DNA of 64,000 nt, taken from positions 9,374 through 73,373 of the forward strand of contig CAZCFU010000001.1 in the NCBI GenBank assembly GCA_964498005.1, given 5' to 3'. The notes under the pieces were generated by a model. That model made no database searches and was not told where the DNA came from. It saw only the letters and a list, made by a program, of their open reading frames with translations. Of the stretch, positions 46,917-54,956 are shown one piece after another (positions within the stretch are counted from its first letter, which is position 1; every line of letters begins with the position of its first letter). The DNA is from an uncultured Oscillospiraceae bacterium. Lineage in GTDB: Bacteria > Bacillota > Clostridia > Oscillospirales > Oscillospiraceae. The translations under genes were made by a program, and so were the position numbers.

Positions 46917-48788
46917 ATGGCAATTACGAGATTGGGCCGCAAGCCCGTTGAGAGCATCGTCAAACTGAACATGAACGGCGTAGCAACAGAGTTCATCATC
47001 ATCCATCAGGGCCTGCCGGGGACGATGTATGACTCGTCCTGTAATGGGACGTGGGTGCTGATAAAGGATGCCTACGAAAAACGTGTGTGGGGCGGTTTAA
47101 ATGATAATGAATATCCAAGCAGTCCCACCGCAAAATATATGAACAGCACATACCCAGGATTATTTGATCCCGATATTCAACCGGCCATTAAGGACGCCAA
47201 AATTCCCTATGTCTACAGCGTATATGGCGGTGTGGTTAAATCTGGGGCAAACGGTTTCCCGGCAAAAGCATTTTTCCTGTCAGCCGCCGAGGTGGGCTGG
47301 ACGAAAAACACCAACCAGTATTTTCCGGCTGCCGGCGCATGCCTGGATTACTTCCGCGGGACTGCGGCAACTGACGCCAAGCGTATCGCCTATCTCTACG
47401 GAGCACCCACCGAGTGGTGGAATCGCGACCCTCCGTGCGATACAACAAAAGACGTGACAACTATAGCAACGAGTGTGTTGTACATAAAGAAGGACGGCGG
47501 CTGGGGTATCAACAGTGATTCCGCGTCTCTAGGCATTCGCTTTGCGATGATTCTATCGCCGGATCTCTATGTCACTGATGACGGCACCGTCATTGTCAAC
47601 ACCGCCCCCACCACGCCCTCCAAGATCACCATCCCCGGGCAGATCAACGGCGGCAGCACCATCACCCTCTCCTGGGGCGCCGCCGCCGACGCCGAGGACA
47701 ACCTGGAGGGCTACAAGGTGGAGCGCAGCCTGGACGGCGGCACCGTCTGGACGCAGATCTACCAGGGCGGGCTGACCAGCACCACCAACATCGTGCCCTT
47801 CGGCTCCGAGAGCGTCATGTACCGGGTCAAAGCCTATGACGCTGAGGGCCTGGAATCCGGCTGGAAAACCAGCGCCCAGGTCACCGTCATCAACAACACC
47901 GCCCCCACCGTCCCCGGGAGCCTCACCGTGCCGGAGACGGTACAGGGCGGCCAGCCGCTGGCCATTTCCTGGGGCGCGTCCTCCGACGGGGAAAACAACC
48001 TGGCCGGGTACAGCCTGGAGCGCCAGGTGGACGGCGGGGACTGGGAAGCGGTCTACTCCGGGCCGGAGCTGTCCTTCACCGACCAGATCACCAAGGGTTG
48101 GCTCACCGTGGCCTACCGGGTGCGGGCCTATGACACCGCCAACGCATACAGCGGCTTTGCCGTCTCTGAGGTACGGGAGGTCAACAACAACACGCCCCCC
48201 GCCATTACCTGCGAGATCCCCGCCAACGCCAACCTGGGGGTAAGATCCGAGGGCTTTGAGATCCCGTACACCGTGGAGGATGAGGAGGGCGACGAGGTCA
48301 CCGTCACCGAGGCGGTGGACGGCACGGCCCTGCGGACGTTCCAGGCTGAGCTGAGCGGCTCCAACAGCTTCCGGCTCACCGGCGAGGACTTCATGAAGCT
48401 GCTCAACGGGCGGCACACCCTGGCCATCACTGCCGCCGACAGCGCCTCCAGCGCCGTCCACAGCCTGAGCTTTGAGAAGCTGGTTACCAGCGCGTCCGTC
48501 ACGCTGGAGCGGCCCATGGAGGCAGACGGGCCCATCAGCGTGTGTGTGCTGTCGGTGTCCGGCTTCATCCCGGCAGACGCGGATTACAGGGTGGAGGTCA
48601 CCAACAACGCCCTGGACGACGAGCCGGCGTGGGAGGACTGCGCCGCCGCCGTGAGGGCCGGGGCGAACCACGTCTTTGAGAACCAGGCCGCCGCCAACGG
48701 GTTCGCGTTCAACTTCCGGCTGAACGTCAGCCGGGGCGAGAGCGGGATCGGAGGATATTTAACGTCTATTCAAGGGGGGTTCCAGTAA
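46917..48788 (+). CDS. Receptor-binding/tail fibre protein: DUF6273-like lectin domain + FN3-like repeats
   Basis: FFLSAAEVG...WWNRDP...GIRFAMIL N-domain, then two NTAPT FN3-like repeats. Confidence 0.7.
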   Translation: MAITRLGRKPVESIVKLNMNGVATEFIIIHQGLPGTMYDSSCNGTWVLIKDAYEKRVWGGLNDNEYPSSPTAKYMNSTYPGLFDPDIQPAIKDAKIPYVYSVYGGVVKSGANGFPAKAFFLSAAEVGWTKNTNQYFPAAGACLDYFRGTAATDAKRIAYLYGAPTEWWNRDPPCDTTKDVTTIATSVLYIKKDGGWGINSDSASLGIRFAMILSPDLYVTDDGTVIVNTAPTTPSKITIPGQINGGSTITLSWGAAADAEDNLEGYKVERSLDGGTVWTQIYQGGLTSTTNIVPFGSESVMYRVKAYDAEGLESGWKTSAQVTVINNTAPTVPGSLTVPETVQGGQPLAISWGASSDGENNLAGYSLERQVDGGDWEAVYSGPELSFTDQITKGWLTVAYRVRAYDTANAYSGFAVSEVREVNNNTPPAITCEIPANANLGVRSEGFEIPYTVEDEEGDEVTVTEAVDGTALRTFQAELSGSNSFRLTGEDFMKLLNGRHTLAITAADSASSAVHSLSFEKLVTSASVTLERPMEADGPISVCVLSVSGFIPADADYRVEVTNNALDDEPAWEDCAAAVRAGANHVFENQAAANGFAFNFRLNVSRGESGIGGYLTSIQGGFQ

Positions 48789-49303
48789 TGGGTTTGAACA
48801 TCATCAGGACGGACAGCGTACGGGATCGGGCGCTGGAAAGCCTCGGCATCACCCCGCCCAGGGACTGGGGCGACGTGGAGCAGGTGCGGGCGGCCAAGCT
48901 GCAAGAGATCTCCGCCGCCTGCAATGCCGCCATCACCGCCGGGTGCGACGTGACGCTGACGGACGGCTCCACCGGGCATATTTCCCTGACGGCGGAGGAT
49001 CAGATCAACCTCTCCACGGCCACGCAGGCGGTAGGGCAGGGCGCGGCGGGCTATCCCTACCACCTGGACGGCCAACTGTGTACCCTGTATCCGGCGGCGG
49101 AGATCATGGCCATGGCCCAGGCGGCGACAGCCCACAAGCTCTACCACACCACCTACTACAACCACCTGGCCGCCTGGGCGCGGCGGTGCTCGACTGTGGA
49201 GGAGGTGGCGGCGGTTACATATGGAGCGGAGTTGCCCGAGGATTTGGCGGCCAATATGGCGGAGATTTTGGCGGCGGCGGGAGGTGCGGACGATGCTGTG
49301 TAA
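48788..49303 (+). CDS. DUF4376-like tail fibre accessory protein
   Basis: ISAACNAAITAG, SLTAEDQINL, YHLDG. Confidence 0.6.
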   Translation: MGLNIIRTDSVRDRALESLGITPPRDWGDVEQVRAAKLQEISAACNAAITAGCDVTLTDGSTGHISLTAEDQINLSTATQAVGQGAAGYPYHLDGQLCTLYPAAEIMAMAQAATAHKLYHTTYYNHLAAWARRCSTVEEVAAVTYGAELPEDLAANMAEILAAAGGADDAV

Positions 49304-49712
49304 GTGGCAGGGTCATGTAATCCGCTGGTTGTGCGGCGGAATGCTGTACGGGCTGCTGGAGATCCTGTGGCGGGGTCACACCCACTGGACGATGATGGTT
49401 CTGGCGGCGGCGCTGTGCGTCCCGCTGGACCTGGCCAACGAGCATATGCCATGGGCGTTGCCCCTGTGGGTGCAAGCGATCCTGGGCGGGCTGACCATTA
49501 CCGCCGGGGAGCTTGTGGCGGGGCTCATCCTCAACGTCTGGCTGGGGCTGGGGATCTGGGATTACTCCGGGATGTGGGGCAATCTCTGGGGGCAGATCTG
49601 CCCGCTGTACGCGGCGCTGTGGTGCCTGCTGGCGGGGCCTGTGATCGTGGGGTTCGACTGGCTGGACTATTGGCTGTGCGGCGGGGAGAGGCCAAAGTAT
49701 ACGCTTTTGTGA
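49293..49712 (+). CDS. Membrane protein (putative permease-like family seen in phage lysis regions)
   Basis: EILWRGHTHWTM, WDYS...NLWGQIC; multiple TM. Confidence 0.65.
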   Translation: MLCKWQGHVIRWLCGGMLYGLLEILWRGHTHWTMMVLAAALCVPLDLANEHMPWALPLWVQAILGGLTITAGELVAGLILNVWLGLGIWDYSGMWGNLWGQICPLYAALWCLLAGPVIVGFDWLDYWLCGGERPKYTLL

Positions 49713-49726
49713 AGGGAGGCGCGAAA

Positions 49727-49966
49727 ATGGAAAGCATCATCGTGGCGGCGCTGGCGCTGATCGGGACGCTGGCGGGTACCTATTTCTCCAACCGGAAAGG
49801 GGTGGCGCTCATTGCCTACCGGCTGGAGGAGCTGGAGAAGCGGGTGCAGGCCCACAACAACCTGATCGAGCGCACCTACAAACTTGAGGAGCGCACAGAG
49901 CTTCAGGAGGAGAAGATCAAGGTGGCCAACCACCGGATCGAAGATCTGGAGAAGTCCAGGAATTAA
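49727..49966 (+). CDS. Holin-like / lysis accessory protein
   Basis: N-terminal TM + YRLEELEKRVQAHNNLIER coiled coil. Confidence 0.6.
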   Translation: MESIIVAALALIGTLAGTYFSNRKGVALIAYRLEELEKRVQAHNNLIERTYKLEERTELQEEKIKVANHRIEDLEKSRN

Positions 49967-49984
49967 AGAAAGGGGAATTTACCA

Positions 49985-50188
49985 ATGAAAAACAACGAGT
50001 ACATGAAGAAGTGGATGAGGGCGGCGGCCATCCGCGCCGTCAAGACCATGGCGCAGACCGCCGTGGCCACCATCGGCGCGTCGGCGGTGCTGTCAGCCGT
50101 GGACTGGCCCGTGGTGGTGTCCGCGTCGGTGCTGGCCGGTGTGCTGTCCCTGCTCACCAGCGTGGCGGGCCTGCCGGAGGTGGAGTGA
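49985..50188 (+). CDS. Holin (r1t family)
   Basis: RAVKTMAQT...SLLTSVAGLPEV. Confidence 0.85.
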   Translation: MKNNEYMKKWMRAAAIRAVKTMAQTAVATIGASAVLSAVDWPVVVSASVLAGVLSLLTSVAGLPEVE

Positions 50189-50194
50189 TCCGCC

Positions 50195-51502
50195 GTGGAC
50201 AACGCACGAAAGATTTGGGACAAGCTGATCTCCGCCGGGCTCACCCCGGCGGGGGCGGCGGGGCTCCTGGGCAACCTGTACGCCGAAAGCGGGCTGAACC
50301 CCCAGAACCTCCAGAACATCTACGAGGCAAAGCTGGGCTTCACCGACGCCACCTACACAGCGGCGGTGGACAACGGCACCTATGCCAACTTCGCCAAGGA
50401 TTGCGCCGGGTATGGCCTGGCCCAGTGGACGTACAGCACCCGCAAGGCGGGGTTGCTGGCCTTTGCGCGGGTGCAGGGCGCGTCCATCGGCGACTTGGAT
50501 ATGCAGGTGGGGTATCTGTTCAATGAGCTCCAGAGCCTGTTTAAGGGCCTGTGGGGCAAGCTCCGCACCGCCACCAGCGTCCGGGAGGCGTCCGACTGCG
50601 TGCTGCTCCAGTTCGAGCGCCCCGCCGACCGGAGCGCGGAAAACTGCGCCCGTCGGGCGGCAATTGCCCAGGAGTTTTATGACAAATTCGCGGGAGGAAT
50701 AATCATGAATTTCATCATGACCGCCGCGGTGTTCTGCGCCCAGGCGCTGAATATCGCGAGGAACTACAAGACCAGCTATATGCTGGGGCCCTGGGGGTGG
50801 CCCGCCACCGACAAGATGATCACCAGGGCCACCACCAACGGCTCCAACGCGCAGGCCAACAAACAGTGGCTGACCAAGGCAAACGCCATCAAGGGGAAGG
50901 GCTTCCTGTTCGACTGCGTGGGCCTCATCAAAGGCATTCTGTGGGGCTGGAACGGGGATTTGTCCCGCACCTATGGCGGCGCGGGTTACGCCTGCAACGG
51001 AGTGCCCGACTATGACGCCCTGAAAATGCTCAACTGCTGCAGCGGGATCTCCGCCGACTTCTCCACCATCGTGCCCGGTGAAGTGGTGTGGATGAGCGGT
51101 CATATCGGCATCTACGTGGGCGGCGGCGTGGTGGTGGAGTCCACGCCAAAATGGAACTGGGGTGTGCAGGAGTCCACCTGCCTGAATGTGACCGGGAAGC
51201 AGCTCCCCGGGACAGTGGGCAGCCGGACGTGGACGAAGCACGGAAAACTGCCGTGGGTGGATTATACCGCGGCGAAAGAAATCAACGAGGAGGACGACGA
51301 TATGCTGACCTATGAGCAGTGGAAGGAGTACATGGACCGCTACCGCAAGGAGCTGGCGAGCCAGCCTGCCCCTGACTGGATGAAGGATGAGCTGGCTGCC
51401 GCTGTGGCTGCGGGCATCACCGACGGAAAGCGACCCTGCGATCTGATGATTCGCGGGGAGGGCGCGATCATGGCGCTGCGGGGGATGCAGCGCAAAGAGT
51501 GA
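50195..51502 (+). CDS. Endolysin: phage-tail-lysozyme-like + Cys/His peptidase + C-terminal binding domain
   Basis: GNLYAESG, GYGLAQWT, FERP; FDCVGLIK...GHIGIYVG; GITDGKRP tail. Confidence 0.85.
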   Translation: MDNARKIWDKLISAGLTPAGAAGLLGNLYAESGLNPQNLQNIYEAKLGFTDATYTAAVDNGTYANFAKDCAGYGLAQWTYSTRKAGLLAFARVQGASIGDLDMQVGYLFNELQSLFKGLWGKLRTATSVREASDCVLLQFERPADRSAENCARRAAIAQEFYDKFAGGIIMNFIMTAAVFCAQALNIARNYKTSYMLGPWGWPATDKMITRATTNGSNAQANKQWLTKANAIKGKGFLFDCVGLIKGILWGWNGDLSRTYGGAGYACNGVPDYDALKMLNCCSGISADFSTIVPGEVVWMSGHIGIYVGGGVVVESTPKWNWGVQESTCLNVTGKQLPGTVGSRTWTKHGKLPWVDYTAAKEINEEDDDMLTYEQWKEYMDRYRKELASQPAPDWMKDELAAAVAAGITDGKRPCDLMIRGEGAIMALRGMQRKE

Positions 51503-51531
51503 GTAAAATCCCAGGCGCCTGGGATTTTCGC

Positions 51532-51568
51532 AAAGAGGGGGCGGTTCATACAGACCGCCCCCTCTTTT
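51532..51568. terminator. Bidirectional terminator after lysin
   Basis: AAAGAGGGGGCGGT...ACCGCCCCCTCTTTT. Confidence 0.75.
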
Positions 51569-51579
51569 GCGTATAGAAT

Positions 51580-51885
51580 TTAATCAGATTGTCCCTTAGT
51601 CCCGGACGCTTGTGCGTCCGAATCTTTTTCTTTTGCCGGGATTACTGTCACCTTCTTTGCGGCTATCAAATCCCCTAGGTCGCAGTCAAGAGCCTCACAG
51701 ATGTTCCGAATCAAGGCCAGGGATACAGTGTCCTGGTACTTATACATATTTCGGATTACATCCACCCTCACACCAACTTTCTGGGCCAGCTGCAGATCAG
51801 TGACACCCCGTTTTTTCAGAGTTTCATCCAGCGGCCTAAAGGAAAGATATGTCCGCTCATGGGTGCCGGGTGCATCGCTTCGCAT
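51580..51885 (-). CDS. Cro/C1-type HTH protein
   Basis: SFRPL...VSLALIRNICEALDCDLGDL; GAGGAGG RBS. Confidence 0.75.
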   Translation of the reverse strand: MRSDAPGTHERTYLSFRPLDETLKKRGVTDLQLAQKVGVRVDVIRNMYKYQDTVSLALIRNICEALDCDLGDLIAAKKVTVIPAKEKDSDAQASGTKGQSD

Positions 51886-51898
51886 GATTAGCCCCTCC

Positions 51899-52114
51899 TC
51901 AAATCTCGGTTCCGTCCGGGAGTGTGAAGCGGATCTCAACCTGGCAGCCCAAAGCCCCCGCCAGTGTCAGAATATCCTTCTCAGTGAAGTTCCCCCGCGT
52001 CATTTTGTTAGATAGGTTTTGCCGGGTCTGCCCAGAGGCTTCAGCAATATCCCCCATTGTTTTATTCTGACGCTTCATAATCAGCCGTACCTTTTCAGCT
52101 ACTGTAATGTCCAT
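51899..52114 (-). CDS. XRE HTH regulator
   Basis: IAEASGQTRQNLSNKMTRGNF; AGGAGG RBS. Confidence 0.8.
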   Translation of the reverse strand: MDITVAEKVRLIMKRQNKTMGDIAEASGQTRQNLSNKMTRGNFTEKDILTLAGALGCQVEIRFTLPDGTEI

Positions 52115-52135
52115 GGCGCACCTCCTACTATTACT

Positions 52136-52230
52136 ATACATCAATCCGTGTCGTTTGTCAAAAGCTTTTTTCAAAATATACGAAAAAATGTAAAATAACT
52201 ATTGACAAACGACACGAATTGATGTATTAT
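52136..52230. promoter_or_regulatory. Back-to-back twin promoters formed by a 26-bp inverted repeat
   Basis: TTGACAAACGACACG(G/A)ATTGATGTAT at 52136-52161 (-) and 52202-52227 (+); each TTGACA-N17-TATA/TTAT. Confidence 0.75.
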
Positions 52231-52289
52231 AATCTTGTAAGGCAGAGGGGTCAAACCTCGCAAAACCTCTTACGAAAGGAAGTGAGGAC

Positions 52290-52415
52290 ATGGAAGAGGG
52301 TATGACAAACGCCGAGTTCGATGCGTTTCTGGAAACATTGGCCCAGCTGATCGAGGCAAAGGCCACAACGGTTGCAGAGGCCGCCGCTCTTATCCGAGAT
52401 AAAAAGAGCAAATAA
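52290..52415 (+). CDS. 41-aa small protein MEEGMTNAEFDAFLETLAQLIEAKATTVAEAAALIRDKKSK
   Basis: AAAGGAAGTGAGG RBS directly after a strong promoter. Confidence 0.65.
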   Translation: MEEGMTNAEFDAFLETLAQLIEAKATTVAEAAALIRDKKSK

Positions 52416-52497
52416 AATAGGGTAGCGGGCCCCCTACCAAGAGAACCGCTACCCAACTCCAATAGGGGCCAGCCGAGAGCCTTACCTCGGCGGCCCC
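52410..52497 (-). ncRNA. Predicted antisense sRNA
   Basis: TTGATT-N17-TATCAT with TG extension (52501-52529, minus strand), two hairpins, U-tract. Confidence 0.5.
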
Positions 52498-52533
52498 TCC
52501 ATGATAACAAAGTAAGGCAGAAAAATCAAGGAC

Positions 52534-52875
52534 ATGGAGGAAAGCAAAATGAAAAGCCTGAACACCATGAAGCTTGTGTCCAACGCCATCGAGGAGCCGA
52601 CCAAATATAATGCGGCCATCGACGCCGCCGAAACTTTCGAAGACTCCAAAAATATTGCCCGGAAAATGATGGGCTACATCAATGGGCTTACCACTTTCCT
52701 CAATACCATGATTTGCTTCGAGAACAACGATTTCACCGGGGAGTTTGGGGAAGTCCTGGAAGGGTGGATGCACAAGATGTATCAGGCCCTGGTCAATAAG
52801 GCAATCGAAACAAAGCAGGATCACGATGTTGAATGGAAGCTCCTGACTAAGCGTGATGAATACGAGATGATGTAA
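52534..52875 (+). CDS. Hypothetical protein (113 aa; true start may be ATG 52549)
   Basis: Open frame followed by terminator 52883-52910; GGAGG precedes the second Met. Confidence 0.65.
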   Translation: MEESKMKSLNTMKLVSNAIEEPTKYNAAIDAAETFEDSKNIARKMMGYINGLTTFLNTMICFENNDFTGEFGEVLEGWMHKMYQALVNKAIETKQDHDVEWKLLTKRDEYEMM

Positions 52876-52984
52876 GGATAATCGCCCCCTAACCGGGGCG
52901 GTTTTCTTTTGCCAACCAGGAGGTGGCGCTTACGGCGGGAGCGATCGGGGTGCGAGCCTCCAAAATTGCTGGGGTTAGATAATA

Positions 52985-53008
52985 CCTTAAAGGCGCTATA
53001 TCTTCCGA
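52985..53008. repeat. Right att junction: 22-bp phage arm CCTTAAAGGCGCTATATCTTCC + GA core
   Basis: 52985-53006 is the exact reverse complement of 9082-9103. Confidence 0.92.
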
Positions 53009-53741
53009 TAAGGACTGCGTAGAGGACCTGCGGCTCTATCCCACTGTCAGCTCCCAGGCCGTCATCGACCGGGCCATCAGCTTGAAGGCCGGGCAGGCTG
53101 AGCTGCTGTACGCTTACATCGACGTGGAGCCCGTGGGCTTCAACCGGGGCTACTTCACCGTAGACGTGCGCTACTTCTACCGGGTGACCGCCGACGCCTT
53201 TGTGGGCGCGGCCCGACCGGTGTCCATCTGCGGGCTGGCGGTGTTTGACAAGCGGGCCATCCTGTTCGGCAGCGAGGGCAGCGCCAAGGTGTTCTCCTCC
53301 AACAGCAGGGCGGACGACCTGGACGAGCAGAACCTGATGAGCACCAACCTGCCCATCGCGGTGGTGAACTCGGTGGATCCCATTATCCTGAGTATGCGCC
53401 TGTCTGACCCCTGCGAGCCGCCGACCTGCGCCTGCGGCGATGGGGCGGAGGTGCCCGCGGGCATTGCGGGCTGCTTCCCCGGGGAGCTGAACATGGGGGG
53501 CGAAGGCCGGCGGGTGTACGTCACCCTGGGCCAGTTCTCCATCATCCGCCTGGAGCGGGACAGCCAGCTGCTCATCCCCGCCTACGACTACTGCATGCCC
53601 AGCAAGGAGTGCAGCGGTGGCAGCGAGGAGGATCCTTGCTCCATCTTCCGTCAGGTGCAGTTCCCCACGGAGGAGTTCTTCCCGCCCAACACCATCGCGC
53701 CCCCGGAGGGCTATCAGGAGACCAAGAACTGCTGCTGCTGA
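53007..53741 (+). pseudogene. 3' fragment (244 codons) of the interrupted Cys-rich host gene
   Basis: Frame open from GAT at 53007 (DKDCVEDLRLYP...KNCCC*), no RBS/start of its own, host-like codon usage. Confidence 0.85.
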
Positions 53742-53853
53742 CGAGACACAAGCTCCACATCCCTCGCTTCCGCCTTCGGCGAAAGCTCACTCGTTACACT
53801 GTGCCTCGTCATCCCATTCAAAACCACTTTGTTGGGTTTTGAATGGGGACCCG

Positions 53854-53886
53854 AAGGGGCGGAGCGGATTTCCCGCTCCGCTCCTT
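53854..53886 (+). terminator. Terminator after the interrupted gene
   Basis: AAGGGGCGGAGCGG...CCGCTCCGCTCCTT. Confidence 0.6.
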
Positions 53887-53969
53887 AATTTTTGATGAAG
53901 GCTATTCTCATTCCAGAAAAAACGTGGTAGAATAACAACACATCAAAACATTTCCATTGGGAGGTCTTT

Positions 53970-54956
53970 ATGACAAATTGGAACGCCCTGTATGACCGCC
54001 TGCGGGGGTCAGTCCCATCCCTGGAGCTGCGGCGGGATGAGCCCATGAGCCGGCACACCTCTTTCAAGGTGGGCGGACCGGTGCCCCTGATGGCCCTGCC
54101 GAAAAGCGAGGCAGAGGTGCGGCAGATCATGTCCGTGGCCGTGCTGGAGTTCGGTGTGCGCCCCTTTTTCATGGGCAAGGGCTCCAATCTGCTGGTATCG
54201 GACGCGGGCGCGGATCTGCTGGTGATCAAGGCGGATGGATTGGACAGGCTGGAGCTGGAAGAGGAGGGCAAATCCTGGACGGCCGCCCGTCCCAATGGCC
54301 GCACGATTGTGGCTGGAAGCGGGGTATCCCTGGCGCGGCTGGCCAATTTCGCATTGGAAAACGGCCTCACCGGGCTGGAGTTTGCCCATGGCATCCCCGG
54401 CAGTGTGGGAGGCGGCGTGTACATGAACGCCGGGGCCTACGGCGGGGAGATGAAACAGGTGGTGACCTGTGTGTCCTCCGTGTCCCTGCCGCCGGAGGAG
54501 ATGATCCGGGAGCTGAAAGACCCTGGGTTCTCCTATCGCCACAGTGTCTATCAGGAACAGGATGAGTTTATTTTACGGGTATACTTCACCCTGGATCCCG
54601 TGGATCGGGCGGAAATCAAGGCAAAAATGGACGATCTGGCCGCCCGGCGGAAAGAAAAGCAGCCCCTAGAATACCCCAGCGCCGGTTCCACCTTCAAGCG
54701 TCCCGCCCCGGTGGACGGACAGCCGGTCTACGCCGCCGCCCTCATCGACGGGTGCGGCCTGAAGGGGTTGACGGTGGGCGGGGCCCAGGTGTCGGAGAAG
54801 CACGCGGGCTTTATCGTCAACACCGGCGGGGCCACTTGCGACGATATCGTGAAGCTGATGGCCCAGGTGCGTGAGCGGGTATTCCGGGAGACCGGCGTGA
54901 CGCTGGAGCCCGAGGTGCGTTATCTGGGAATGGAGGGAGATAGATGGAATTTCTGA
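53970..54956 (+). CDS. murB: UDP-N-acetylenolpyruvoylglucosamine reductase
   Basis: HTSFKVGG, GKGSNLL, GIPGSVGG..MNAGAYG, PSAGSTFKRP, SEKHAGF, LEPEV. Confidence 0.96.
   Translation: MTNWNALYDRLRGSVPSLELRRDEPMSRHTSFKVGGPVPLMALPKSEAEVRQIMSVAVLEFGVRPFFMGKGSNLLVSDAGADLLVIKADGLDRLELEEEGKSWTAARPNGRTIVAGSGVSLARLANFALENGLTGLEFAHGIPGSVGGGVYMNAGAYGGEMKQVVTCVSSVSLPPEEMIRELKDPGFSYRHSVYQEQDEFILRVYFTLDPVDRAEIKAKMDDLAARRKEKQPLEYPSAGSTFKRPAPVDGQPVYAAALIDGCGLKGLTVGGAQVSEKHAGFIVNTGGATCDDIVKLMAQVRERVFRETGVTLEPEVRYLGMEGDRWNF

Larger units (their letters stand above)
9080..53008. mobile_element. Prophage (~43.9 kb): contractile-tailed, lambda-type terminase/portal, serine integrase
   Basis: Integrase, immunity, replication, head, tail, baseplate and lysis modules; bounded by att sites sharing a GA core and 22-bp inverted arms. 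Confidence 0.95.

Noticed and set aside
46917..49303. Complete DGR or invertible tail-fibre shufflon
   Set aside because: No reverse transcriptase, template repeat, invertase or inverted cassettes visible
53082..53741. Stand-alone 219-aa gene starting at TTG
   Set aside because: No RBS; the frame is open back to the att core at 53007, so it is the 3' part of the split gene
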